A DNA stretch of 64,000 bases from assembly GCA_907165135.1 (NCBI GenBank), contig OU015568.1, positions 310,001 through 374,000 on the forward strand, given 5' to 3'. Below, one piece after another: positions 36,358 to 49,300 of the stretch (its first letter is position 1; each line of letters starts with the position of its first letter). The position numbers and the translations under genes were made by a program. The notes below the pieces were generated by a model. It did not search any database and was not told the origin of the DNA. It worked only from the letters and a program-made list of their open reading frames with translations. Origin of the DNA: Oikopleura dioica (Eukaryota > Animalia > Chordata).

Positions 36358-37837
36358 TCTACTTTTGAAAAAAGTTTTTTGATTATGAAAGTAAGTAAAG
36401 AATACGGCTCGTTTTAAGCTTTACGAAACGGGCGAGAGACATCTAGCGGCAGGAAAATTGCTGGAATAAATCGACATGGAGCTACATTGACATCTGCTAC
36501 AGTTGTGATAGATACTGTCAATGAATCATGGACTCAAAAACGTCGTCGAAATTCTTGTAAGAGTACTGCTAATCAACATTATCAAGATTTGTTGGTTCTG
36601 AGCATGAATCATCAAGAAAACAGGACAAAACAGAAAAGCAATTTTAAACGGTAGATATCCAATACAATACCTATCGTTTTCAATGAATAATCGAGTACAG
36701 TCCGATTGATGCACCTGCAATGTACGGTATCGCTCCGGCAAGTACAGTGCACAAATCAGCAAAAATTAATTTTGAAAAGTGAAACTTTCCAAACGGCGAG
36801 ATTCATCGCTCATGAGCTTTTTCTGTTCAATATTTGATCCTGGCAGCGTGAAATATGCATGCTCCTTGTTACTCAAACTAAGCTTCGGACTTTGTTAACT
36901 TGTGTTTTCGGCCCTTAGTCTGAAAGACGGATGGATAGAAATAGGAGCGATTAAGAGAATGAGTGAAATGAATGGACCTTTTTCTCAACGACAGTCGACA
37001 GTTACGCAGCTTTCTACGCAGGAAGATTTTCAAATTACAGTCAGAAATTTCAATTTTGAAAATTATAATCGAAAAAAATTTGGGCATTTTTTGGACAAAA
37101 CCAAAAATTTGAAGTGGTTTTTTGGATAGCCAATTAAATTGCTCTGTTTTCCCTCCGAGCCAATCAAAAAGCAGATCTAAAAATCACTTCCTTTTTAGGT
37201 TCTGCATAATTTTTGTATTAAGCTTCGTCTTTTATAAAATCAGATTTTTGATATACAGAAATATAATAAAATTAAAATTGCTAAATAATGGTTTTGAAGA
37301 TTCAACTTAGTCAAATGGAACCACAAATACTCGTGCCTTTTTCTTCAAAGCAAAGCAGGTAATAAAGAAGAAAGGATTCTTTGATTGACGAAAATTCTAA
37401 GCGAAAATAATTCTTCTTTTTTTTTGCTTATTATTTTAAAGATTCTTCTGCAAAGACATTGCTGCATAGAAAATTGAAAGCATTCATAATTGGGGCAAGA
37501 ATAATCCCGTATATATCGCGTCTTATCCTATCACCGAAAAAAGGAAACCGAAAAAGAGATTGATAAAATGGCCAATGTCAATTTGCCAAATGAATGTTCA
37601 TGGCAGAAATCGTTCGCAAAAAGCAGAGAACCTTTCAGTTTTAACGACAATGCGGGAGCTTTCGTGGGAAATGATCGTTCTCGGTCCAGAGGTGCATTTA
37701 CTTTATTATAAAGGCCAAAATCAGATTCAGCTGGGGATCGATTTCAGAAGGTTTCGGCTCATCCTAAACGATTTATTCAATTTTACTCGAAATAAATTAG
37801 CCAATTACTTTTTGTTTTCTTTTGAAAAGCTAAAATA

Positions 37838-40800
37838 ATGGTTCGTAGAAAAGAAAACTTGGAGCAAGAATATCTTGGAGACAATAAACGCCTTTTTTCT
37901 AGTGGCGAGATGTTGCGGAATTCGAGAGAAAAGAGCTGCTCAAGATGCGAGTCTACCGAAGTCTTCGACAGACCAGTTCGGCGCTTCTTTCCGTTACACT
38001 TGTCAGCATTGTTTTATGGTAAAAAAGCGCACTGGTTTCATGTTTTTTAAAGTTTCGTTTTTTCAGCCTTATCGATCTGGAGCTATACTACACTTCTAGG
38101 GGCTATCTTTCTTTGCTTTCTCGCCCGATGCCGTGGGGAATGAACTGTACTTACACTTGGGATGCTGTCAATGGGACTTATACGTGAGTAAATACAGCTT
38201 TTGAAGCCGCAAAAATAGGATAAAAGCATGACGCCTTCTGAAAAAAGGGTTAAAAATGAAACAAGAGCACTGTATATACAATTCTGTACAACAAAATCTG
38301 TTATTAAGATGATTTATCTTTCATTGTCTATAGACTTTTTGCCACAACCGGTTATTTTAACCAGGCCTTTTTGATAAAAAATTCAGGGACTTTCAAGTTG
38401 GACAAATAAAAGACGTGCTCCGACATACATCTACTGTCACGCGCTTTCTCATTTCTTGCCTTACAATTCTGACACTGATCCTTGTCTGGTGGTACAGCGA
38501 GTTGGAGAGAAGACTGTTAGTTGTCAGGCATCATCTTTGCCGCGAGATGAACCTTCTTTGCTCACCTTTGGCGGCTCAGTTTATTCTTGAAGGAACGATA
38601 GTTATTTAAATTTTGCGTCATTGCGTTGCTTAATCTTCAATGATTCTCGAGCTGTTATGATTATGAAATCATTTTTTCTATCGGAAAAAAGTTTCTCTCT
38701 GCGCGATCCACATTCCTCCCATTCGAGGGATTCCAGTGCCTCCCGAGTGGCAGCTCATCATTTTCGTGAGACTTTATCATACCATCAAATTCATGCGAGA
38801 ACACCATCCCATGAGATACAACCGAATGACGGAAATCCTCAAAACTGTTGCGTCTATCAAGCTGTCGTCAACGTTCCTCCTGAAGAGTTATTTTATGAAA
38901 CGGCCGCTGACGATGCTGATTGGACTTTACTTCTTCATCGTTTTCGGGACTGGATATGTCGTTTTTGCGCTGGAACGAAGATACGGAACATGCATGCAAT
39001 ATCTCGATGTTGTCTGGCTAATGGCTGTCACGCTGACAAACCTGGGCTTTGGGGACTTTACGCCCTCGTTTGTTCTTTCTAGGAAGGGTGCTATTTTATT
39101 GACAGCTTTTGAAGCGATTTCGACGGCTGGGGCCTATTCCAGATTGAAAGTTGGACTTTTTCCATCTCTGAGAATCTTTCACTCATAAGAATATAACCTC
39201 CCTGTATAAAATGATTGTACTACAGTATATTTTTTTTAACAAAATCATTTTTGAAATTTTCGTGCACCCTGAACAGAATCTTCGTCGCCTTCAGCAGTTT
39301 ATTTGGAATCTTCCAAACCGCCTTGATCGTTGGGGTCCTTTCAGAAGCACTCGTCATTCCTCCCGATGAGAAGCGAATTTTAGCGTCGATCGAGAAACAA
39401 CGACTCTGGAAAATTAGGAGAAACGCTGCTGCTTCGCTGATTCAAGCAGCTTGGAAGCTCTACGCGATGAATAAGACCAACGAGCTGGATATTTATGATG
39501 ATGTTGGAAAAACAAGCCTTTTCAACTTTCGCCAAAGATTGGGGAAAAAGTACAGGGAGATCAAAGAAGCTCGTCAATTGACGCTGCAATATGCTCATGC
39601 ATTGTGGCAATGGCGGCAGATAAAAACGCACACGGACAATGTCGATCAAGCAATCAACAAGGAGTTTATGATTGACGACACAGGTACCCTTATTTTCAAT
39701 TTTTTCTATTCATTTTCAGCCTTGGCGACGAAACAAATCACATCGAAGTTGGACATGTTGGAGAAAATTGTCAGCAAAAAGTCAAAAAGAAGAAAGAGGC
39801 AGCTTCATTTGGATGTTCATCTTGACGAGGCAAAGAAGGATGATACAAGTTCCATCGCGGCGGATAAAAAATTGACAAGTCAAAGAACAGTTTCAAGGTA
39901 TTAACTCGCTGGGTCTCAAATTTATGAAATAAATTCATTTTCGCAAAAGATCTTCATCCGTGCAATCCAGAAAGCGGTGGCGAAAAGCAAAGATGATTTC
40001 GAAAATCGCCCTTTTGACGAAATCAAAAACTGGGGCCGCGGTAAAGAAGGCGTCGGAAATCAGTTCAAAAGTGGGCAGTCGTCTTGTTTCGAACATAACG
40101 GTAATGCATGGATTCGTGAATGATCATCCTTTGAAAACGGTTTTCAGTCGCGAATGCCATCACGACGAGGCAGCTTAGAAAAGATAAATGTTGAAGCGGA
40201 AAGCCAGTCCTCACCTGGCGCGCAGCCGTCTAGACAAGGGTTGGGAGCATCTTTAAACTTTATCCAGATCTTTTTTTTTCTAGAGGAGGGCTTACTTTAG
40301 CTGTGCCGGGGCAGGCGAGCAGCAAAAACCCGCCAGACACATCCTCGACGCTCAACCGGAAAAGCAGTCTATCTTCGAGAAGTCTGACAAACCGCCAAGA
40401 AGGGGAAGAATATAGAACTGGTATGAATTTCCAAAGCGTCCAGTCACCTTTTTCATGCTTTCTTCAGGAAGCGTTCGAATCAAAATTCCACCTTCGTATC
40501 GCCGAGAAAAGACCAGCTCCCTCGATGCGGGCAAAATTTGTAGCTTGAATCCGCCAGCTGTCTTTGAGAAGACTTTATCGGATGCTTCACTAGATTTGAC
40601 GAAGAAGAGGCCGATTTTTTCGAAGCCACAAATTAAAATTCCGTAAGATTGATGGAGATTGAACAAACACATCGACAAAAAATACGACAATGGGTTAATT
40701 TTCAACCAATCAGAAGTCCGCATTTGGCCCGTCAGCCAATTAGCTTTCAGAAATTTCCTTCTTAAAAGTTCAAATTCCAATCTTTGTCGCTCTTTTTGTC

Positions 40801-41171
40801 GATTTGTGCCCCAGATTGATGCTAAAAATGAGTCTTCAACTTTTTTTTCAAGAGTTCAAGTGCCTGTTATCGAGCAAAAGATTTCTGAAGAAACGAGGGA
40901 GGAGTTTTCAAGGTGATTTATTCCTATTTTCTTTTGAAGGGGCAACTTTGATTTAGTACTGATATTTCGCCAATGCTTTCGCCAAACAATCTTCCCGGCC
41001 AAATCCGAGAGAACTCGACTTCCAATGCCGAAATAATCAATCTGATGGCTTCGATAAAACTCCAACAAATTGAGCTTCAAAAGACTATCAAATCTCAAGA
41101 GTCAAAAATCTCCAGCTCAATTGAACAACTGACGCGTTTGCTGGAGAGCCAAAAAAAGCGAAAAAGACTGA
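37838..41171 (+). CDS. KCNN: Small/intermediate-conductance Ca2+-activated K+ channel (KCNN-like), divergent
   Basis: EVSLCAIHIPP; FVRLYH; pore WLMAVTLTNLGFGDFTP; S6 GIFQTALIVGVL; CaM-binding NAAASLIQAAWKLY; C-terminal coiled coil. Early exons need homopolymer corrections and the end is approximate. Confidence 0.85.
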
Positions 41172-43098
41172 AAATTCGAACGAATTTACTTTTATTTATT
41201 CATTCAATAAAGAAACACAAAAAACAAGCTCCAAGGCCGCGCATTCATCCAGTCAAAGATCCGCTAAAGACAGCTCCGATCTCAGAACACGCGCGAGATT
41301 GTCGACTGAAAGAACATGCGCGTCGTTCGATGGCTAGTCGTTCTCGCCGCTCTGCCGTCCAGGATCATACAGAATCAGAATTATTGCGTCAGCTCTAGCG
41401 AGAATTAAATGTACATTCAGTAGGTAAAATATTTTGCTTTTGGCGGGGAGCAAAGTTCACAATTCTGATTCTCTATGATCGTGGATGGCGGAGCGGTGGG
41501 GGCGGCTGGCTGTCGAGCGAGACGCATGCGTCAGAGGACAAAGTGTCGTCCCCTGTTTACTCTTGAGCTTTACGACCAGGAGGTCTACTCATAGTCTACT
41601 CATTTTTAACGAGGGTTAGGACACGCTCCATTAAAATTGGAGCCTCGCTTGTATCCAAAAGACCAGACGCTTTCTTACGAAGCGGATAAGATACCCGGAT
41701 ACACCCGCTACCAAGGAGGAACAGTGCGCAAGGGGGATGACAATGGGTACGAGGGGACAAGGGGAGTGGAAAAAATCGATGTTGACAGGATATCTTATAT
41801 CCGGTAAATCATTTCATGTGTTACAACCTGAGTGGAGGTTGATTGTGAGATTCTCTCGGGGTCGAAAATCATCCAAAATTGCACTAGAATCATTTGTCTG
41901 TCAGTCTTCTTATCTTTTGTTTACCTGTCTTCAAGCCAAGACATTTCATCCTTAGTGAGCGCATTTGGTCGGTCGTGGATTTCGACGGTGCTCAATCGGC
42001 TGATCAAAGAGTTATTCAAGGTTAACTATTATCTAAGACTATTAATCATAATATATCAAGTAAGATGGATAAAATTTAATTTGAAACTCGTTCCTTGGGT
42101 AGTTGTGAAAATTGTTTGATTCTATCATCGCAATATGACGCCTTGTAACGATTCTGTTTGTTGTTTCAAAACTGACGCTAAAATATATTTTGTGCAATTT
42201 GGAACTTATAATGAAATTTTACTTCATTTTTATCTGTTGCCGGCTTTCTCTGGTCGGTGCAATGGATGTTACTTCGCACGTAAGAGCCGACAAATGCAGA
42301 GGGCAAACACACAAGGCCACGAAATAAAATTTCATCCAATCCTATTCATCGCTCAGCCAGTTCAAGATGAAGCTCGAAAGAAGAAGCTGCCAGTCGATTC
42401 TAGAACCTTCTCGAACTTTCTCGAATTTCTCACCACCCCGAAGTTGCTGTCGGATATGTTCGGGATATTTGGGCTTTCCCGGAGACTCCTACGCTGAGGA
42501 AACAAAGTCTTGGTTACCGGTAAAGTGAAGCAGACTTTCGTCAATGGACCATGGAAAAAATATAAAGTCAGCATTTTTGTCAAAGACTCAAGAGTGAGCT
42601 TCTATATTCGCAGCGCGTTCATATTTATAATGAAACGATACAGTATTATTTCCGCTTCAGCAACTTTCCACATGAAAGTCTATAAACTATTAGTAGATTG
42701 TTACAGACTGTAAAAAAATTTAAATTTTCATTAAAGCCCTGAAAAGGGCTGAATGGGGGGTTTTTGGGAGAATCAGTGAACGGAATTGAATTCCTTAGGG
42801 TCGAATTAGTGGAATCGTGAAGTTTCATTGAAATTAAATTTTTGGTCCTAATCATGCCGGACCCTAGTTACAGTACAACAATCCTCGAATCCTTTAAAAG
42901 GTTTCAATTAATCCCTTCTTTGATGTTTGATGAAGGTCAAACACCCGTTATCAGGATCCAAGTCTGCGGAAAAATCTTATTTTCGCAGTTTTGCAATATC
43001 TTTCATTTTATGTCATTTCCTCTTTCAAGTATTTCTTTGAATTATGAATATAATTTGTTAGTATCAAAAAGAGAAAACGAAATTGAAAGAGATTGAGA

Positions 43099-44904
43099 AT
43101 GACAAGACTTGAGCCGACGCCTGAGCTTTTAGTTGAACATGAAAGTGATAAGAAATTTGATTTGAGTTGTAAACGAATACTGTTTTGTATCATTAAAAGC
43201 TGGCAAATGTGAAAAGAAGAACTCGAAATTTTCTTCGATTCGGTGAAACTTTGAAAACAATTTTCGATGGGAAGATGTATGAAAAACTCAAGTCCATTCC
43301 TCTTGTTCACTGCGCAGGAACTAAGGTTTGTCTTTTTTCACTTCTTATCAAAATGTTTCGATAGGGAAAAGGCACGACTTGTGCAATGGCGGAAACGCTT
43401 CTCAGATCAAGGGGCTACAAAACCGGCCTCTTCACCTCTCCCCATTTCAACAGCATCAACGAGAGAATCCGCATCAACGGCAAACCAATTTCGGAGGAAG
43501 AACTCTCCGCTACATTTGAAAAGCTCGAAAAGGCTGAGGAAACGGAATATTTACGGTGTGGAAATGAGTGGTTTTCATATTTGACGCTGATTGCTCTGCA
43601 ATCTTTTGTCGAGCAAAAAGTGGATGTGGTCATCCTCGAAGTCGGCATCGGTGGACAGCTTTGTTCAACATCGCAGTATCCGATGGGCGCGCCTCGGGTT
43701 TGCTGCATTTCCGGTTTGTTTAGAATTTCTTTCTTTGGTATTTAAATTTTACTAGCGCTTGGCTATGATCATTTGGAAAAGCTCGGCTATACGATTGAAG
43801 AAATTGCGGCGGCAAAAGCTGGAATATTCAGACATGGAGCGACCTTGATAACGACCTGGCAAGAATATCCGGAAGCATATGAAGTCCTAGTCAAATCAGC
43901 GAAGAACAGAGGGGAGCTTTTGACTCCTTCTGGAGAGTTGATCGATTCCACGGAACTAGAATTTCCTCAAAATGTCAATGCTGCTAGCGCCGTTCTTGCT
44001 GTCAGGTACTGGGCTCGGCAACCTGTGTCAAAAATCTGAGTGAGGGCCTGAAAGAGCTTGAATGAAAAGGCTCAAAGAGGCTTTCATTAAGGTTCTTCTA
44101 GGCTTTGACTCAGGTTTTTGACACAGGTTGTCGAGCCCTCGTCAGGTATCCTTTTTTGATTTCACCAGATGAACTTACTTGAAGGCATTTGATGAAGAAG
44201 CTAAAAGGCGGCGTTTTCGAGCGTTTGCGAAAGTTCAGCAGCTCGTCGGAATCGGACCTAATGAAAGTTGTCACTCCAAGGGAAAAGGAGGCCATTCAAT
44301 CAATCCGATGGCCTGGACGGCAACAGATTTTGGAGCATGAAGTCAAAGGCAGAAAGATCAGAATTCTTCTTGACGCTGCGCATACTCCAGGTTTACTCTT
44401 CCTTGATTTTGGTATTTATAATTATAGAATCAATGAAAATCTTATCACACTGGGCTGCTAAAAATAAAGAAGGAGAAACTCTTATTCTGATGAAATCTGC
44501 TCGAGGACGTGATATCGACAGTCAAATGGTGCATATTGCAGAGTTTCTGAAGCCTGACTATTTTGCCGGATGCCCAACTATTGGAATGAATGAAGACGAG
44601 CTTGATTCAAACACGACGAAAGAAAAGTATTCGCACATTTTCCCTGACTTTCTGACCGCCAGCAAAGAGGATCAATTAAAAGAGGTTTCTTCAATTGTTA
44701 AATTTTGGCTAAACAAAAGTTTAGCAACACAAATACGTTGCCAAGGCAGTTGAAAGTGCTCAAAAATACGGACTGAAGAGTTTTGAATATGAATCAATAA
44801 ACGATTGCCTCGAAAATATGCCTGAAGAAGTTAAAACCGTCATTGTCACGGGCAGCATTTACATGGTTGCCGCCTTTTTCCGACTGAGACCGGATGCTTG
44901 TTAA
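43099..44904 (+). CDS. FPGS: Folylpolyglutamate synthase
   Basis: VHCAGTK|GKGTTC; GLFTSPH..NERIRINGKPIS; ILEVGIGG; LGYDHLEKLG; KAGIF; WPGRQQ; LLDAAHT; VTGSIYMV. Confidence 0.93.
44009..44140. mobile_element. hAT-like MITE with 8-bp TSD gtcaggta at an FPGS splice donor
   Basis: TIRs gggctcggcaacctgtgtcaaaaatctgagt / actcaggtttttgacacaggttgtcgagccc. Direct repeats at 44001-08 and 44141-48. Confidence 0.9.
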
Positions 44905-45286
44905 AAATGTACAGTTAGTTTTTAATTTTCTTGATCTTTATCAATAAAAAGTCTTTATCATGGAAAAATCCTAGTTTTTCTGGACTTGTGATCATCAGAA
45001 TGAGGGTCTTTTATCATCCAAAAGTTCATCTCAAGTCCTGTTGGCCGGATCTTAGTAGTCTTTGACTTTCAAATCGAAGCCGAACTGTTTACTCAAGATG
45101 TCCAATTGGCATTAAAAGTGCCATAGCATATATTGTAGCTCTGTGCTACTATATCATCATTCAAGCTCTCGATATTGGCTTAATAAAGTTAGAGACCTTA
45201 TCGAAAGTCACGAAAAATAATTGATTTATTTACATGGAAACATGTCTGATGAGTCATCAGTGATGATAGGCTATGCAGCATAGCCT

Positions 45287-46123
45287 ATGCTGGTCTCATC
45301 AAGCCCACATCTAGCCTCAACAATCTCCATCCCTGGCACACCGAGCTCAAGGTCACCTCCTTCGATGGCTCTGTCCATTTCTGCGGCGGTGTCATCATCG
45401 ACGACGAATTCATCCTCACCACGACTGAGCATTGCTGCCTCGGAAGCACTTCCTCAATCGAAGCGATGATCGGCGGCGGTTACTGGACAGAAGAAGCAAA
45501 CAGAGCCAACGGCGAATTTTCCTTCAAGAGCATCTTTGTCAAACCGAGAATTGACACGACAGATGCTTGTTTGGTCAAGATCCCATCTTTATCAAAATCG
45601 AAGCCAGCTACTTGCGAGGATTGCTTTGGAAAGGCTTGCTTGCCAATCAGATCTCAAGTAAGAATATCAGTAAAGAAACAATTACTAATCTTTCTATAGA
45701 GCCCAGAACATGGTCAGTATTGCTGGATGAAGGGATCCGAAATGGACCCCACTGCCAAGGTCGGAGTCAACATCTACTCAGAAAGGTAAGTTCCTCGATA
45801 TTTTTCTTTTATTTATCAATTTTTCTAGCTACTGCACTCTCAATGGATACCTTCCAACCGGAGCCGTCGACTTCGAAAGCGAGTTCTGCGCTGGCGAGGT
45901 TGATCTCGACAACGACGGAATTTACGAAGCCGCCGAAGGAATCTGCACTGCGGATCGCGGTTCTCCTCTCATTTGCGATTCTCCAGAGGGCACAGCTACC
46001 ATCTTCGGTCTTTTGTCGAAACAAACTGATGTTTCAAGCTGCTCCTCGAGCGGATATCCAGCGGTTTTTGTCGATGTTTCGACGATTACTGACACGCTTG
46101 TTCACATGATGCAAACATCTTAA
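45287..46123 (+). pseudogene. Stand-alone duplicate of a trypsin-like pseudo-protease domain (no evident 5' exons)
   Basis: HPWHTELKV..HFCGGVIIDDEFILTTTEHCC...EFCAG...CTADRGSPLIC. Highly similar to 53670-54490, with the same intron positions. Confidence 0.7.
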
Positions 46124-46369
46124 TCAATGACAAATTAATAATTATCAAATCTGTCCACAGCCAATATAAACTGTCTTTACAATAAATTGTCATCAACAAA
46201 AAAATCAGACATTGATTATGCTGACAACCTGCATTTCCTCAAAAATGCATCCGCTGAAGAGAAAACATGAGATAATGTTGTCAAACGATGCCGTTTATCT
46301 TGTTCTAACTCAGGTTTGCCATGGCTCTCCGAGTTCTGCTCAACAGACCGGTAGAGATATTCCGCAAGA

Positions 46370-49300
46370 ATGAGGTAAATTAATTAAAATTCATTTCCGA
46401 GACGAAGGTTTTATCCGAGCTATAATTGAATTTTTTCTGACTGATATAATTTACTTAAAGTCCGCACTTAATCTATAATAAATTTACATATTTTAAACTA
46501 TTTGTTAAGGTCTCTCGGGGGCAGTCTCCTTCTACCTTTTGCCTTTGGCTCAGGAGATGTCTATAAATGCGTCAAGGTCCCCTCAATTTTCAGCGAAGCA
46601 CCGATCGGAATGGATATCACCACTTCTCCAGAGATATTTGAACCAGTCCTCTCGACATTCTCCGTCCTCTCTACTGACATTGAAGAGCGATCACAGCCAG
46701 TTGTCATCAAACAAGAGACCTCTGAAGATTGCATCAGCAGTTGCGTCCACTTCCCCGGCTGCCATGCTTTCGCCTTTCATTCAGAGAACCCAAAATTTTG
46801 CCAGCTCTCCATCGGTTCTGGCCTCTCCGATAATCCTCGAACGCCCGAGTCGGACTTCTGGCTCGCCGGAACTGGCCACAGACTAAGCGACATCGAAGTT
46901 GAGTTTTTCAACAGAGGCCTAGTCACTGGAAATCGCCTGAGTTCAGCACCATGTGGTGATGCAAATCCAAATGCATTCCGAGAATTCGAGTTCGAATTCT
47001 CTGCCGTCCTCGATGTCAATACTGGCTACTACCAGAATCTCGACGGCATCATGAGCTCCTTGGGCGAGGGAGAATCAGATGTAGACTACAAATTGGAGCA
47101 GTGGTACTTATCGAAACTCATTGTCGACAATAAACAAACTTTTACCTCGCGCTATGGAAGCGCTTCCGCTGATGGTGAAAAACTGACGATTTCGAAAAAT
47201 TGGTTCACTCGGCAATCATCATCGACCACTGACGACCCCTCGATCTCTCTAGAAGAATTCCTGAAAGCAATGGAGGCTGATTTCCTTGTCACCCTCGACA
47301 GCATCAAACAAAGGCTGCGTAAACAAGGTTTGTACGTTATCGCAACCGATTCTCAACGACCCAGCGGCGGAGAAGTACAAAATGGACGAAGAATCTCTTC
47401 CTTCGATCTTAATTTCGAGGAAGAGTCCTCCGAAATGATCGAGCTCACGTGCTCACTCGGCTTTGACATTGCTAGCGAGGTCACTGGAGAAAGGGGTTAC
47501 ATGGCCGGATCCGGCAAAATTTGCAAACCAGTTCCAGGTGCACCAGGAAACAAACCATCTAAGAAAAGATATCGGAGAAATGCTTTCAAAACAGCTTACC
47601 TTCAGTCTCAATCAGCAGGTGGAAATTACAAACAATGGAAGAAGAAAAACAAAAGCAAAAAGAAGGGATCAAAAGGGTTCCAGCAGCAGAGAATGCTTGA
47701 AACGACGGAGGAAGAAACAACAACAACGACATTTCAATCAACGACAACTTCAACTACCTACACATCTTCTACCTATGTGGCTTCTACTGAGGGCGAGCGA
47801 GGCTACAAGCAACCAAGCAACTACAACACCCGCCCAACAAGAAAGACAACAACTCGAAAACCAAAGTACACTACAAAGGCTCCTAAGTACACGACCCGAC
47901 CCTCAAAGCCCGACGGTCCTTACGCGCCTGGCGAGTGGGGAGAATGGGGAAGTTGCTGCGCCAAATACGGAGAAGGGCGAAAGGCTCGTTCTCGTGCTTG
48001 CTTTTATCATGGCAATTATGCCACAATGAAAACGAGCAACAAGTACTGTGAGCCTAAAATCATGGTCGAGGAAATGGCCTGTTTCGGTAAAATTCCGCCA
48101 CAGTACTCAACCAAGCCGACGAAAACGCCTTATCAGAAACCAACTTCGCAATCGAAATGGATGAATTGGGAAGAGTGGTCCAAGTGCTCAGCTACTTGCG
48201 GAAAAGGAAATCAGATCAGAACTCGACGATGCAAGTATAATAATCTCTACCAAAAATGCGTTGGCGAATCTTCCGATACTCGAAAGTGCCGGGCCGATAA
48301 AGACTGCTACGGTAGTTATTACGGCACAACCACTGGTTCAACCGGAAGCAGCACTAAATACGAGTGGTCAGAATGGGCGCCTTGGACGAGTTGTACTGCG
48401 ACTTGCGACGGTGGACTGATGTACAGATCGAGAAAATGCAACGAGAAGTCGAAAACGATCGAAGTCACTTCAAATTATTCAAAATGTCCTGGCGCCAAGA
48501 AGCAACAAAAAGCTTGCAACCGAAAAGCTTGTCCTTACGAAACAACAATGATTCCAACGACCGTCTACACTCCAGGAAAATGGGGAGAATGGACAAACTG
48601 GTCAACTTGCTCGAAAACCTGTGGGGGTGGTATTTCTACTCGAAAACGATCATGTATTACGTCGAAATACGGTCAGCAGTGTTATGGCCACAGTAAGCAA
48701 AAAAGAGTTTGCAATCGAAAATCGTGCCGCGTTTACACCACAGAGCCGCCAACAACAACGACGACTCCTGGTTATGGAAGATGGACGAACTGGTCATCTT
48801 GGTCGCAGTGTTCTACCTCCTGTGGAAGAGGAATGCGAGAAAGAACTAGAAAATGCAAAAAGTCGAGCTACAACGATAGAGATTGCTACGGGCGAAAAAC
48901 TGACCGAGAAGCTTGCAACAAGTACACCTTCTGCTCCACAACATCGACAACGACAACTACAACGACAGTGCCAGCTCCGTATTGGACAAAGTGGTCGTCC
49001 TGGTCGTCCTGCTCGAAGACTTGCGGATATGGACAAAAGACTAGAAAACGCCATTGCATCGATGCCTATGGCTCCGGCGAAAGCTGCTACGGGAAGAAAA
49101 CTCAAACTCGATATTGCAGCGCCATTCCCTGCACAACAACATACACTTCCACTACAACCGCGTATTCGGAGTGGTCTTATTGGTCCAAATGGTCGACTTG
49201 CACAAAAACATGCGGAGTCGGTAGCCGATCCCGAACTCGCTACTGCAAGGGCTCGTACTGCGCAGGTCCCAAGAATCAACAACAAAAATGCGGCTGGCGA

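Noticed and set aside
41400-42900. Possible small gene(s) between KCNN and FPGS
   Set aside because: Exon-like pieces exist, but I could not build a coherent model or recognise a family.
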